Below, piece by piece: positions 30,722 through 40,262 of a stretch of 64,000 bases of DNA. The translations under genes and the position numbers were made by a program. Below the pieces are notes generated by a model, which saw only the letters and a program-made list of their open reading frames with translations, had not been told where the DNA came from and ran no database searches. The DNA is from an uncultured Gammaproteobacteria bacterium (GTDB taxonomy: Bacteria > Patescibacteriota > Microgenomatia > Levybacterales > GWA1-39-11): contig CAZYWG010000003.1 in assembly GCA_964651815.1 (NCBI GenBank), positions 52,531 through 116,530 on the forward strand. Reading direction: 5' to 3'. Position 1 is the first letter of the stretch, and each line of letters begins with the position of its first letter.

Positions 30722-31516
30722 GTGCAAATATATCTAGGTTTTATTTTCTTTATAATTGGCACCGCAGTCGGGAGTTTTTTAGGGGTTGTTATAGACCGCC
30801 TACCTAGGAAAAAATCAATATGGGTTGGACGGTCTGTTTGTGACTCTTGCCACAAAAAGCTTACGCCAATCGAACTTGTACCCGTCGTTTCATATATAGT
30901 CCAGGGTGGTAAGTGCAGAAAGTGCCATGCTAAACTTCCGCTTAAGCTTCTCATTTGCGAGGTTTTAACAGGCCTGGCTTTTGTTTTAGTGTATCTTGTT
31001 TTTCCCCTTTCAGCCTTCCATTTTCAACCCACTCTTTTTACGTTCTTCACTATTCTTTATCTACTTCTCGTGATGTGTCTTAATATTGTTATCTTTTATA
31101 TAGATCTGGATTTTGGGATTATTCCAGACGAATTAATAGGAGTTTTTGTTATTACGGCCCTGCTTTACAACTTTATTTTTTTCAGAGTTGGTTTTATTGT
31201 TCACATTTTCTCGGGCTTAGGAGCTTTTTTACTATTCTTATTCCTATATCTTATAACGCGAGGCCGTGGAATGGGTTTTGGGGACGTAAAATATGCTCTT
31301 GCAATTGGTCTGTTTTTGGGATTTCCAGCCATAATAGTAAGTCTTTACTTTGCTTTCTTGACAGGCGCGGCAATTTCACTAATACTTATAGTATATGGGA
31401 ATAAACATCTTAAAAGCTCCATTCCGTTTGGTCCGTTCTTGGCTGCTGGGACTATCTTTGCCTGTTTTTGGGGAGAAAGCGCAATTAAATTTATTTTCAA
31501 AGTTTTCAATTGGTAA
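30722..31516 (+). CDS. pilD: prepilin peptidase PilD (A24 family)
   Basis: 264 aa; N-terminal Zn-binding CDSCHKKL...CRKCHAKL tetracysteine motif, polytopic, conserved GFGDVKYALAIG region around the catalytic Asp. Confidence 0.85.
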   Translation: MQIYLGFIFFIIGTAVGSFLGVVIDRLPRKKSIWVGRSVCDSCHKKLTPIELVPVVSYIVQGGKCRKCHAKLPLKLLICEVLTGLAFVLVYLVFPLSAFHFQPTLFTFFTILYLLLVMCLNIVIFYIDLDFGIIPDELIGVFVITALLYNFIFFRVGFIVHIFSGLGAFLLFLFLYLITRGRGMGFGDVKYALAIGLFLGFPAIIVSLYFAFLTGAAISLILIVYGNKHLKSSIPFGPFLAAGTIFACFWGESAIKFIFKVFNW

Positions 31517-32033
31517 AAATAACTTTTTTGCCCCTCGCCTCTTATCTTCCCAGGGTTTCACCCTCATTGAACTTCTTGTAGTCATAGCAATTCTCGGAAT
31601 TCTCTCTTTCGTTTTAACAACTACAATCAATCCACTTGATAAAATTAACGCTGCAAATGACGCAAGAGCCATTTCCACAATAACTCAACTTGGCAAGGCA
31701 ATGGATTCATGCGAAACATTTCATGATGATGCAAAACCATCTCCTGCCGGGAATTCGTTCTTTCCTGACTCTATATGTGACTTAAACACTGTTGAGGAAG
31801 TTAAATTTACTACAATTGCCGCAATAAATAATTATACATTTTACTATTTTGTAACGCCCGCAACCTGCAAAAACAATAAGTCAGTCAAATGTACGGGCTA
31901 CCTATTTGGTATTGGTACGCTAGCGTCAAAAAAATTCATAGCTAAGCCCTACTTTGTTTATACGAACGGAAAAGGTTGTTACATTGGTAATATTCCATCT
32001 TTGTCAAGTATTGGAGCCACATCTTGCCCATAG
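31395..32033 (+). CDS. type IV pilin-like protein (start uncertain; 5' end overlaps pilD)
   Basis: Contains QG|FTLIELLVVIAILGILS. The only ATG in frame (31395) lies 120 bp inside pilD and gives a 51-aa leader; the true start is probably a non-ATG codon nearer 31520-31545. Confidence 0.6.
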   Translation: MGINILKAPFRLVRSWLLGLSLPVFGEKAQLNLFSKFSIGKNNFFAPRLLSSQGFTLIELLVVIAILGILSFVLTTTINPLDKINAANDARAISTITQLGKAMDSCETFHDDAKPSPAGNSFFPDSICDLNTVEEVKFTTIAAINNYTFYYFVTPATCKNNKSVKCTGYLFGIGTLASKKFIAKPYFVYTNGKGCYIGNIPSLSSIGATSCP

Positions 32034-32089
32034 AAAAAGTCTTTATCAACAACAGAATCCATTTTATTGGTTTTTAAAATCACATTTTC

Positions 32090-32629
32090 TTGACAGCACC
32101 CCATAATTATTTCATACTAAGTGTAATGCATAAAAAAGGATTTACATTAATCGAATTGGTTGTTGTAATTACAATACTCAGTATTCTTGCAGTTGTTCTT
32201 GTTACGCTTCTCAATCCAGTTACCCAATTTCAAAAGACTAACGATACACAGAGGAAAAGTGATTTGTATCAAGTCCAGAAGGCTTTGGAAACATATTATG
32301 CCGACCATGGTAGTTATCCAATAAGCACGGGTGCCTACACTATAAGTGACAGTAATGGAGCGCACGCCTGGGGTACTAACTGGCCTTCTTATATGGATGT
32401 ATTGCCGCAGGATCCCAAAACAGCGTCTGGTAAAACATACATTTATTATTCTCTCGATGGGCAGAGCTATAAACTTTATACAAATCTTGAGCGCGGCGGC
32501 AATGACCCTCAGGCATGTAATGTCAGTGGTACGGATTGTCCCCACGTCCCGGGAAATCCAGGGTCAAACTTGTGTGGTGGTGGCAGCTCATGTAATTATG
32601 GGCTTTCAAGTCCAAACGTATCGCCGTAA
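32090..32629 (+). CDS. GspG/PulG-like pseudopilin
   Basis: KKG|FTLIELVVVITILSILAVVLVTLLNPVTQFQKTNDTQRKSDLYQVQKALETYYADHGSYP matches the T2SS-G/minor pilin N-domain consensus. Confidence 0.75.
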   Translation: MTAPHNYFILSVMHKKGFTLIELVVVITILSILAVVLVTLLNPVTQFQKTNDTQRKSDLYQVQKALETYYADHGSYPISTGAYTISDSNGAHAWGTNWPSYMDVLPQDPKTASGKTYIYYSLDGQSYKLYTNLERGGNDPQACNVSGTDCPHVPGNPGSNLCGGGSSCNYGLSSPNVSP

Positions 32630-32668
32630 GAGATTGATTAAATATTAGATATTATATATTATAAAAAT

Positions 32669-33157
32669 ATGCCCAAAGCTATCCTAAAAAAGTCCACGGT
32701 CCGTGGTCCACAGTCTACTGCTTCCGGCTTTACGCTTATCGAATTACTAGTTGTTATTAGTATAATTTCTATTCTAGCGTCTCTGCTTTTGGCAAATTTT
32801 GTTGGAATAAGGCAGCGAGCGCGCGACGGACAAAGAAAATCAGACCTTCGCCAAATCCAAGGCGCACTCGAGTTATACCGCGCTGACAATGGTGCCTATC
32901 CTACTCCCGCAAGCGGAATTACACTAGTTACTTGTAATTCAGCTTTTAGTAACGGTACTACGGTGTATATGTCCAAAGTTCCGTGTGATCCTTTATCATC
33001 AACGGGTTACAACTCCGCCAATTACGGATATTCATCAGCTGGCACTACCTATAATTTGTGTGCTTGTTTGGAAAACGCAAACGATCCTGATATTAATACT
33101 ACAAACGGCACTCTTGGCTGCACCAGCACAAAATTTATCTGTTACACCAACCCATAA
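32669..33157 (+). CDS. GspG/PulG-like pseudopilin
   Basis: SG|FTLIELLVVISIISILASLLLANFVGIRQRARDGQRKSDLRQIQGALELYRADNGAYP. Confidence 0.75.
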   Translation: MPKAILKKSTVRGPQSTASGFTLIELLVVISIISILASLLLANFVGIRQRARDGQRKSDLRQIQGALELYRADNGAYPTPASGITLVTCNSAFSNGTTVYMSKVPCDPLSSTGYNSANYGYSSAGTTYNLCACLENANDPDINTTNGTLGCTSTKFICYTNP

Positions 33158-33168
33158 AACTCTAAGAA

Positions 33169-33738
33169 ATGAAAAATGAAAGAAAGATTAATTCCCAGGT
33201 ATTATCAGCCTCAACAGAAAGCAACAAAAAGGGTTTTACCCTAATCGAGCTTTTAGTCACTTTTTCTATACTTTCAGTTTTAGCTTCAATTGGGTTTCTA
33301 TCTTTTGTAACTTATAGCAGAAAACAAATCATTCAACAGTCTGCCTCAGATTTAAAACAAGCAATTGACATTGCAAGGAATAATTCACTCTCAGTGGTAA
33401 AACCAGCGGGCTGCCCTGCAAACAGCGAGCTGTCTTCATATATAGTCAGCATTTGCGTAGGGGGTAATCCTACATGTAATGTTGGCGGAACTATTTATAC
33501 AGGCAACAATTATTATGAAACACGTGCTAATTGTCAACCAACGCAAGTCGTATCACTTCAAAAAAAGCTTCCACAAAATGCTTCATTTGGAGGCAGCAGT
33601 CCATGTCAAAATATTACGTTTGCAAGTGTCCGTCCGCAGACAACCGGGGTTCCATGTGCTGTTAATATAACGCTTAACGGTCAAACTTTAACAGTTTCAG
33701 TAGATTCACAAGGATACGTATCATTTCCTACAAACTAG
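33169..33738 (+). CDS. minor pilin-like protein
   Basis: KKG|FTLIELLVTFSILSVLASIGFL prepilin motif, 23-aa leader. Confidence 0.65.
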   Translation: MKNERKINSQVLSASTESNKKGFTLIELLVTFSILSVLASIGFLSFVTYSRKQIIQQSASDLKQAIDIARNNSLSVVKPAGCPANSELSSYIVSICVGGNPTCNVGGTIYTGNNYYETRANCQPTQVVSLQKKLPQNASFGGSSPCQNITFASVRPQTTGVPCAVNITLNGQTLTVSVDSQGYVSFPTN

Positions 33739-33751
33739 TATTAAAAATTTT

Positions 33752-34249
33752 TTGTTTTTGGATATGTTTATGAAAAAGAATTGGTCATTTATAGTTGGTT
33801 CTGAAGGGCAAAGCATAATAGAAGCGCTTGTTGCGCTTTCTTCCATTTTAATTTCACTCGCAGCAATTTCTGTTGCAATAATAACAAGTGTCAACAACAC
33901 ACAGTTCATAAAAGACCAATCTATCGCTTCAAAATACGCACAACAAGGCATGGAATACATAAAATATATTAGGAATAATGACCCCGCGACTTTCTTTTCT
34001 TACAATGGCATAAAATGTATGAACCAGGACGATTCCTTTTTAAATACATCATGTTCCAGTGCAAACATAGCTGGAGCATATAAGAGAGAGGCTGAATTTA
34101 GTCAAAATGATTCTCAATGTGTCGCAGCAACCAAGGTAACCGTCACAGTTTACTGGACAAGTACTAAGTGTCAAAGTGGATCTTTTTGTCATTCCTCATC
34201 ACTAATATCCTGTTTTTCAACAATACCCGTTTCTCTTAAATCCTTATGA
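33752..34249 (+). CDS. minor pilin-like protein (PilV-like)
   Basis: GQS|IIEALVALSSILISLAAI: degenerate class III signal with Glu+5 retained; Cys-rich C-terminus. Confidence 0.5.
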   Translation: MFLDMFMKKNWSFIVGSEGQSIIEALVALSSILISLAAISVAIITSVNNTQFIKDQSIASKYAQQGMEYIKYIRNNDPATFFSYNGIKCMNQDDSFLNTSCSSANIAGAYKREAEFSQNDSQCVAATKVTVTVYWTSTKCQSGSFCHSSSLISCFSTIPVSLKSL

Positions 34250-34803
34250 CAAAACACAAAATAAATCAGAAAATTTTTGGATATACGGTTATAGAACTTC
34301 TGGCAGTTGTTTCAATTTTGGTTATAATAGCCGGTGTAGTATCAGGTATTTTGTATTCAACTCTACGTGGAAGCGGCAAGGTGAAAGTTACTGGCGAAAT
34401 AATTCAAAATGGCCAATATGCTATATCTGTTGTTAGGTCTATTATTGACGACTCACGTAATGTTACGCTTATTGATGGCGTTGCGCCTGATTGTACGCAG
34501 CCTATTCCTACTCCTGGTGCATCTTCAATCACATTTAAACGATTAGATAATACTACGACTACAATTTCGTGTGTAGGACCACCTTCCTATGCTATTGCTT
34601 CAAACAGTGCGTCGCTTGTTAACACCCAAAGTGTTAAGATACAAAACTGCATATTTTCGTGTGCTCAGCTAGTAAGCGATCCTTACTCCGTGCCAATAAT
34701 TAACGTTACATTTACAGTTTCAGACCGTGGTACGGGATTATTTGAAAGTCGTGCTTCCTCAGTATTTACAACCTCCTCTTCTCTTAGGAGTTATTCCCCG
34801 TAA
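34246..34803 (+). CDS. minor pilin-like protein (PilW-like)
   Basis: FG|YTVIELLAVVSILVIIAGVV; start overlaps the upstream stop (ATGA). Confidence 0.5.
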   Translation: MTKHKINQKIFGYTVIELLAVVSILVIIAGVVSGILYSTLRGSGKVKVTGEIIQNGQYAISVVRSIIDDSRNVTLIDGVAPDCTQPIPTPGASSITFKRLDNTTTTISCVGPPSYAIASNSASLVNTQSVKIQNCIFSCAQLVSDPYSVPIINVTFTVSDRGTGLFESRASSVFTTSSSLRSYSP

Positions 34804-34874
34804 AAATTCCGGGCACAACTGTCCGTTTCGAGCGAGGGTTGACACGCTCATTCATTTTTATTTATGATAGATAT

Positions 34875-35699
34875 ATGGTAAAAAACCCAAATTCAGGGCA
34901 AATGCTTCTTGTTGTGGTTTTGACAATGATTGTTGCGCTCACTGTGGGTTTATCAGTCGCCTCAAGAACGGTTACCAACCTCAAACTTTCACGCCAAAAT
35001 GATGAGTCAGAACGCGCTTTTCAAGCAGCAGAGGCTGGGGTTCAGCAAGTTTTACAATCGGGAAGCGCACTTAACAACCCAAATTTTCAAAATAACGCTA
35101 CATATAATATCGGATCCGTTTCTCATTTAAACGGCGCGAGTATTGGGCTTAATGGTGGAGAGATTGTTGACCAGGATTCTGGGCTTGATGTCTGGCTTTC
35201 AAATTATCCCGATTTTAGTAGCACTATGGGAAACGGTAGTGCTGCTAGCATTACGTTGTATTGGGGTACAGATAATCAGACTACATGCAATACAGGTGGT
35301 TTATCAAACGTTAAATCCGCTCTTGAAATTGCCATACTTTCAGGAAACAAGCTGAATCCCACATTTACTAAAAATTTATATGAGGCAAACACTTGTGGAA
35401 GAATTGCCGGCGCTCTTGCTCCAACCGGTGGGAACGTTACTCCAAGCGGCACAAGCGTTCACTACCAAAATTACGTGACTTTTACAGTTACAAACGGTTT
35501 GATTATGAAAGTAATTCCCATTTATAATTCTTCAAAGATTTTTGCGATATCAAATACAGGGGGCGTAACTTTTCCTCCACAAGGGACCCTGGTGCAGGCA
35601 ACTGGGACTGCCGGAGATACAGTCCGCAAAATAACATATTTTGCTTCTTACCCTCAGATACCTGTTGAAATGTTTCCATATGCACTTATTACACAATGA
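34875..35699 (+). CDS. PilX-like minor pilin (PilX_N domain)
   Basis: MVKNPNSGQMLLVVVLTMIVALTVGLSVASRTVTNLKLSRQNDESERAFQAAEAGV matches the PilX N-terminal pattern (..ALVVALL..LG..S.....AGN....AF.AAEAG). The ORF track starts at 34839; the internal ATG is preferred. Confidence 0.55.
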   Translation: MVKNPNSGQMLLVVVLTMIVALTVGLSVASRTVTNLKLSRQNDESERAFQAAEAGVQQVLQSGSALNNPNFQNNATYNIGSVSHLNGASIGLNGGEIVDQDSGLDVWLSNYPDFSSTMGNGSAASITLYWGTDNQTTCNTGGLSNVKSALEIAILSGNKLNPTFTKNLYEANTCGRIAGALAPTGGNVTPSGTSVHYQNYVTFTVTNGLIMKVIPIYNSSKIFAISNTGGVTFPPQGTLVQATGTAGDTVRKITYFASYPQIPVEMFPYALITQ

Positions 35700-36727
35700 A
35701 AACAAAAACAATTGGCCTTGATATAGGAAGCACCTCTATCAGGGTTGCACACTTAAGGCATGAAGGAAATTCCTTTACCCTCGACTCTATTGCATCTATG
35801 CCGCAAAATACAAACGGATTGATATCCGATTCATTACTTGACCAGCAAGGGCTTGCAGATTCGATAAAAAAACTTATTTCTTCAGCAAATATTCACACCA
35901 AGGAAGTTGTGCTTTCAATTCCTGATAGCATGGTTTATACCAAAATAATACAAATGCCACAGCTTTCAGACCAAGAATTATCTGCAGCTTTAAAATTTGA
36001 AATGGAACAATACATACCTCTCCCAGTTGATCAGGTAAAGACAGATTGGGAAGTGCTTAGTAGGAATGAAACAAGTGGGAAAAAGACAATGAATGTCATG
36101 ATTGTTGCGGCCCCTCTCTCACTTCTTTCAAAATATGAAAAAATTATGGACATGGCGGGCTTGCTACCTGATGCAATTGAGACTGAGATTGTATCTGCCC
36201 ACCGTTCATTATTACCGCTAATTAACAATCCCGAGGCAAATATGATTGTGCATATTGGAGCCATAACTACAAGCATTGCAATAGTTAAAGAAGGTAAAAT
36301 AAAAATGATTTTTTCGCTAGGGCTTGGTGGGGCAGCTATGACTCGCTCAATATCAGTTGATCTTGGTATAGATATATCGCAAGCTGAAAATTACAAAAAA
36401 GCTTATGGACTTTCACAATCGGCATTTGAAGGGAAGATCGCAAAAGTCCTTGACCCTGTTTTGACATCTATAGTAGCAGACGTTAAAAAAGCAATGCTAT
36501 CTTACCATGAAAAAAATAACAACGAAAATATTAAACAATTGGTTTTGTCGGGCGGCTCCTCTCTCCTCCCAGGACTTGATGTTTATCTAACAAACGCATT
36601 ATCCACTCAAGTAGTTTTGGGTCGTGCTTGGTCTGCTTATAACATTTCAAATATACCTGATGAGTTACAGTCCCAAGCACCCGCATACAATGTAGCGATT
36701 GGTTTGGCTCTACGTAATTTAGTATGA
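35696..36727 (+). CDS. pilM: type IV pilus assembly protein PilM (actin-like ATPase fold)
   Basis: 343 aa; N-terminal IGLDIGSTSIRVAHL phosphate-1 motif and ...VLSGGSSLLPGL adenosine motif; start overlaps the pilX stop. Confidence 0.8.
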   Translation: MKTKTIGLDIGSTSIRVAHLRHEGNSFTLDSIASMPQNTNGLISDSLLDQQGLADSIKKLISSANIHTKEVVLSIPDSMVYTKIIQMPQLSDQELSAALKFEMEQYIPLPVDQVKTDWEVLSRNETSGKKTMNVMIVAAPLSLLSKYEKIMDMAGLLPDAIETEIVSAHRSLLPLINNPEANMIVHIGAITTSIAIVKEGKIKMIFSLGLGGAAMTRSISVDLGIDISQAENYKKAYGLSQSAFEGKIAKVLDPVLTSIVADVKKAMLSYHEKNNNENIKQLVLSGGSSLLPGLDVYLTNALSTQVVLGRAWSAYNISNIPDELQSQAPAYNVAIGLALRNLV

Positions 36728-37263
36728 AAGAAGATATAAACCTAGTCCCTCAAAAAAAAGAAGAACGAAAAATGTTAAACAACTATTTTTATGCTTCTTT
36801 GGGATTTTTTTCAGTGATGTTTTTGTTAGGTGCACTGCTTATCGCTTATTCATTAATAATTAGGGCTGGACTTGGGGGACTTACAAATGAGGAAGCAAAT
36901 GTCCGTTCACAGCTCACTGCACTATCTGGGAGAATAGGTAAAATTGCTTTGGTAAATGAACGTACGGACTCTATAAAAAATATTATTTCAAATCGGGATA
37001 AATTGACTATTTTGACTTCAAATCTTCTTGCCGCAATCCCTAATACTTTCACAATATCTTCACTAGTTGGGACAGATAAAGCAATACAACTTGCAATATC
37101 ATCAAATAGTTTAGCCGATTTTGACAATTTCTTTGAGCAAATCGTTCCTAAACTTGCAAAAAATAAGCTTTCAAGTATTTCCTCGGTAGAAATTAGTTCG
37201 TTTAGCCAGGATGGGGATGGGTACTCACTATCTGTGAGTTTTTTATTAAGTCAGCCTAAATAA
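36724..37263 (+). CDS. pilN: type IV pilus assembly protein PilN
   Basis: 179 aa, bitopic (cytoplasmic N-terminus, one TM, periplasmic coiled-coil/ferredoxin-like domain); 4-bp overlap with pilM (ATGA). Confidence 0.6.
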   Translation: MKEDINLVPQKKEERKMLNNYFYASLGFFSVMFLLGALLIAYSLIIRAGLGGLTNEEANVRSQLTALSGRIGKIALVNERTDSIKNIISNRDKLTILTSNLLAAIPNTFTISSLVGTDKAIQLAISSNSLADFDNFFEQIVPKLAKNKLSSISSVEISSFSQDGDGYSLSVSFLLSQPK

Positions 37264-37267
37264 TTAT

Positions 37268-37918
37268 ATGAAGTATAAAATTCCGGAAATTATTATTAAA
37301 CATAAAAAAATATTAACTCCACTGCTTTTTATAGTATTGGGTATATTTGTGTTGTTGTTTATAATAATACCTCAATTTTCAACTATTTCTGATTTAAATA
37401 ATCAGGTTGCTGCAGAAAATGATAAAGTAAATACACTTAAAAATTCTCTGCAAGTTGTTTCATCCCAAGATGACCAAGACTTAAACGCAAAAGTGGGAAT
37501 TGCAACGGATGCATTGCCTACAGCAAAAGATGTATCAAGAATTTTTTCGGCGCTATCCCAAGCTTCTGATGCTTCCCAAACAGTACTTGGAGAATTTTCT
37601 TTGAACGTTGGAGCAATATACGGTCGTGCTCAGCAACTGGAAGGAAAAATACAAGGGACCCCGTCAATTACCGTAAATGTACGTGTTGAAGGTAATGGTG
37701 CTCGGGAGCTTTCTGATTTTGCAAAAGACTTGCAAAAAGCACTTCCTCTTTCGGAAATTAGACAAATGGGAATTTCTGACAATTCAGCTTCTTATCAAAT
37801 CAACTTTTTTTATAAGCCTGTAGATTTATCGGTTATATCAAAACAAGACAAGGTTGTTCTTCCAAATCAGAATGCCGTGAATTTGCTTAATGAGCTTAAA
37901 ACTTGGGAAAGCCAATAA
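37268..37918 (+). CDS. pilO: type IV pilus assembly protein PilO
   Basis: 216 aa bitopic protein with coiled-coil (NQVAAENDKVNTLKNSLQ) immediately after pilN. Confidence 0.55.
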   Translation: MKYKIPEIIIKHKKILTPLLFIVLGIFVLLFIIIPQFSTISDLNNQVAAENDKVNTLKNSLQVVSSQDDQDLNAKVGIATDALPTAKDVSRIFSALSQASDASQTVLGEFSLNVGAIYGRAQQLEGKIQGTPSITVNVRVEGNGARELSDFAKDLQKALPLSEIRQMGISDNSASYQINFFYKPVDLSVISKQDKVVLPNQNAVNLLNELKTWESQ

Positions 37919-37921
37919 GAT

Positions 37922-38611
37922 CTATTTATTTAGGGTAAGATCTGGTCTTTTCTTTTTTGTCAATTCACGGGCTTTTTCTTTTCTGTAGACTTCAATGGTT
38001 TTAAAATTTCCTGACAATAGCTCTTTTGGAACCCTTCTATTTTTGTAAATTGCAGGACGAGTATAATGTGGATGTTCAAGAATTCTATTTCCGTCAACAT
38101 CTGAAAAAGATTCAAATGCAGTTGCTTCACTGTTTTTTAAAACGCCCGGTACAAGCCTCACAACTGATTCCGCTATTGCGGCAGCTGCTATTTCTCCGCC
38201 AGAAAGGACAAAGTCGCCAATAGAGATTTCCAAGTCAACAAGTTTTCTAATTCGTTCATCAAATCCCTCATAATGGCCACATACGAGAATTAAATGATCG
38301 AGTTTTGAAAATTTTTCAGCCGTTTTTTGTTTGTAAACCTCCCCTTTTGGGTCAAGAAGTGCTACTTTCTCACGTCCTTTTTTTAGTCTTACTGAATTTA
38401 TGGCTTGGTCTAATACATCTACCCTAAGAACCATCCCTACTCCCCCACCGTAAGGTTTGTCATCAACTGTTTTGTGGCGCCCAATCCCAAAATCCCGTAA
38501 GTCTACTATGTTTATTTTGATTTGGCCTTTTCTTTGGGCACGGCGAATTATAGAGTATGCAAAAATGGATTCAAACATTGAGGGGAAAAGCGTAATGATA
38601 CTTATCTGCAT
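37922..38611 (-). CDS. trmD: tRNA (guanine37-N1)-methyltransferase
   Basis: 229 aa; MQISIITLFPSMFESIF...SPOUT knot, GGG..M; synteny with rpsP. Confidence 0.9.
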   Translation of the reverse strand: MQISIITLFPSMFESIFAYSIIRRAQRKGQIKINIVDLRDFGIGRHKTVDDKPYGGGVGMVLRVDVLDQAINSVRLKKGREKVALLDPKGEVYKQKTAEKFSKLDHLILVCGHYEGFDERIRKLVDLEISIGDFVLSGGEIAAAAIAESVVRLVPGVLKNSEATAFESFSDVDGNRILEHPHYTRPAIYKNRRVPKELLSGNFKTIEVYRKEKARELTKKKRPDLTLNK

Positions 38612-38847
38612 TATGCCACGTTCGCTTCGTTGACTTGAATGTCAATTCGTACGTTGTCGCGAATAGCGCGAATCTTGAGGACATTCTTTAAGGCATTAAT
38701 GGTTTTGCCACCTTTTCCAATTACCATTCCAACATTGTCTTTTGGAACATTAACAAAAAAAGTGGTAAAGTCTTCATTTGCTTCTTCTGAGACTTCAACT
38801 TCTTCACCCAAAATTCCATTAAGCATGTAGGCGAGTAAATCTTTCAT
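38611..38847 (-). CDS. KH-domain RNA-binding protein (KhpA/YlqC-like)
   Basis: 78 aa; GMVIGKGGKTINALKNVL is a KH GxxG loop; conserved position between rpsP and trmD. Confidence 0.7.
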   Translation of the reverse strand: MKDLLAYMLNGILGEEVEVSEEANEDFTTFFVNVPKDNVGMVIGKGGKTINALKNVLKIRAIRDNVRIDIQVNEANVA

Positions 38848-38856
38848 AGGATATTA

Positions 38857-39114
38857 TTACGCGGCAAGCCCTTCTTTTTCATTTTTGAAGGTAAGCATTT
38901 TCTCAACGGCCGGAGTCATTTGTGCTCCACGGGATTGCCAGAGCTTTAGTTTTGCAGCATCAATTCTTTTTACAATTTTGGTGTTTGAAACCTTTTCATA
39001 TGACCCGATTGTGTCAACAGCGTCACCATCACGTTTGGAGCGCTTTTCTTTTACTACAACGCGATATTTGGCTTCACCTTTTCTTCCGATTCTTGAAAGT
39101 CTAATTACTAACAT
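38857..39114 (-). CDS. rpsP: 30S ribosomal protein S16
   Basis: 85 aa; MLVIRLSRIGRKGEAKYRVVV. Confidence 0.9.
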   Translation of the reverse strand: MLVIRLSRIGRKGEAKYRVVVKEKRSKRDGDAVDTIGSYEKVSNTKIVKRIDAAKLKLWQSRGAQMTPAVEKMLTFKNEKEGLAA

Positions 39115-39170
39115 GTAAAGGCTATTTTACCATTTTTAAGTATTAAGAGTCAATCAATGTGGAAATGGTG

Positions 39171-39827
39171 TTAAAGAGAAGTTTCGAGGGCCGCGCGGGC
39201 GGCTGCTTTTTCAGCTTCTTGCTTTGAAGAACCCACACCCTCTGCTAGCAATTTTTCATCAATATAAACCCCGACTGTGTAAGATTTATCGTGATCCGGT
39301 CCTTCTTCTTTTATAATTTTGTAGAGTGGGGACATTTTATGGGTTTCCTGGATTTTTTCTTGAAGTGCTGATTTAGGATCTTTTAAGCCTTGTTCTTCAA
39401 TAATTTTTTCAGAACGGCTTATTATATTGTCCTCAATAAATTTTTTGGCTGCGTCAATCCCTTGATCTATATACAAACCTCCAATTAGCGCTTCTAGAGT
39501 ATTTGCAAGTATGGTTTTATTTTGACGGCCGCCGCTAGTCTCTTCTCCTTTTGACAATTTTAGGTGCTCACCAAGCTCGAGTTCTTTTGAAATTTCATAT
39601 AGTGTTTCAGTATTTGTCAAAACGGATCTAATGCTTGTTAACTGTCCCTCTTTTAAATTTACATGCTGATTAAATATATGGGAAGAGACTACAAAGGACA
39701 GGATGCTGTCTCCTAAAAATTCTAGCCGTTCGTTTGATTCGAGGCCCTCACCCATTTCATTTAAGTATGACCTGTGAATAAAAACCTTCTCTTTTAGTTT
39801 TTGATTTTTAAATTGTGGAAGTATCAT
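39171..39827 (-). CDS. rnc: ribonuclease III
   Basis: 218 aa; catalytic signature ERLEFLGDSIL plus C-terminal dsRBD (GVGSSKQEAEKAAARAAL). Confidence 0.9.
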   Translation of the reverse strand: MILPQFKNQKLKEKVFIHRSYLNEMGEGLESNERLEFLGDSILSFVVSSHIFNQHVNLKEGQLTSIRSVLTNTETLYEISKELELGEHLKLSKGEETSGGRQNKTILANTLEALIGGLYIDQGIDAAKKFIEDNIISRSEKIIEEQGLKDPKSALQEKIQETHKMSPLYKIIKEEGPDHDKSYTVGVYIDEKLLAEGVGSSKQEAEKAAARAALETSL

Positions 39828-40180
39828 GATAAATCTTTTACTAATTTTCCAAGAGCGCCGTTTATAAATGCCGAGGATGAGTCATTGCCGAATTCTTTTG
39901 CAAGCTCAATTGCCTCATCAATTACTACTTTTTGCGGTATATCATTTTCAGTCATGAGTTCGTAAACCCCAAGCCTGAGAATTGCAAGATCTACTCTATT
40001 TATTTTTTCTATTGGAAATTCCGGTGCAATCATTCTTATTTTATCATCAATTGACTCTTTATTTTCAAGGATTAATTTGACTGTGGCGTTTTTGGAACTT
40101 TGTTTTTTAAAACTTTGCGCAAACAAGTCTTTCACTATTTCTTGGCGATTTTTGTGTCTGGGGTCAAGTGCGGTTTTCAT
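39824..40180 (-). CDS. nusB: transcription antitermination factor NusB
   Basis: 118 aa all-helical; start overlaps rnc; NusB-like pattern (NRVDLAILRLGVYEL..DIPQKVVIDEAIELAKEFG). Confidence 0.75.
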   Translation of the reverse strand: MKTALDPRHKNRQEIVKDLFAQSFKKQSSKNATVKLILENKESIDDKIRMIAPEFPIEKINRVDLAILRLGVYELMTENDIPQKVVIDEAIELAKEFGNDSSSAFINGALGKLVKDLS

Positions 40181-40262
40181 TTCTGAAGTTTAGAAGTTTT
40201 GTTGCTTTGAGGCTTTGATTTACGAAGCTTCCAAGTAACCAAAATTCTAAGTGTCTTAATTA

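Noticed and set aside
21520-37918. Type II secretion system rather than a type IV pilus
   Set aside because: GspG-like pseudopilins are present, but there is no GspD secretin and no GspC/L/M. PilT (retraction ATPase) and PilM/N/O are present, favouring a T4P/competence pilus.
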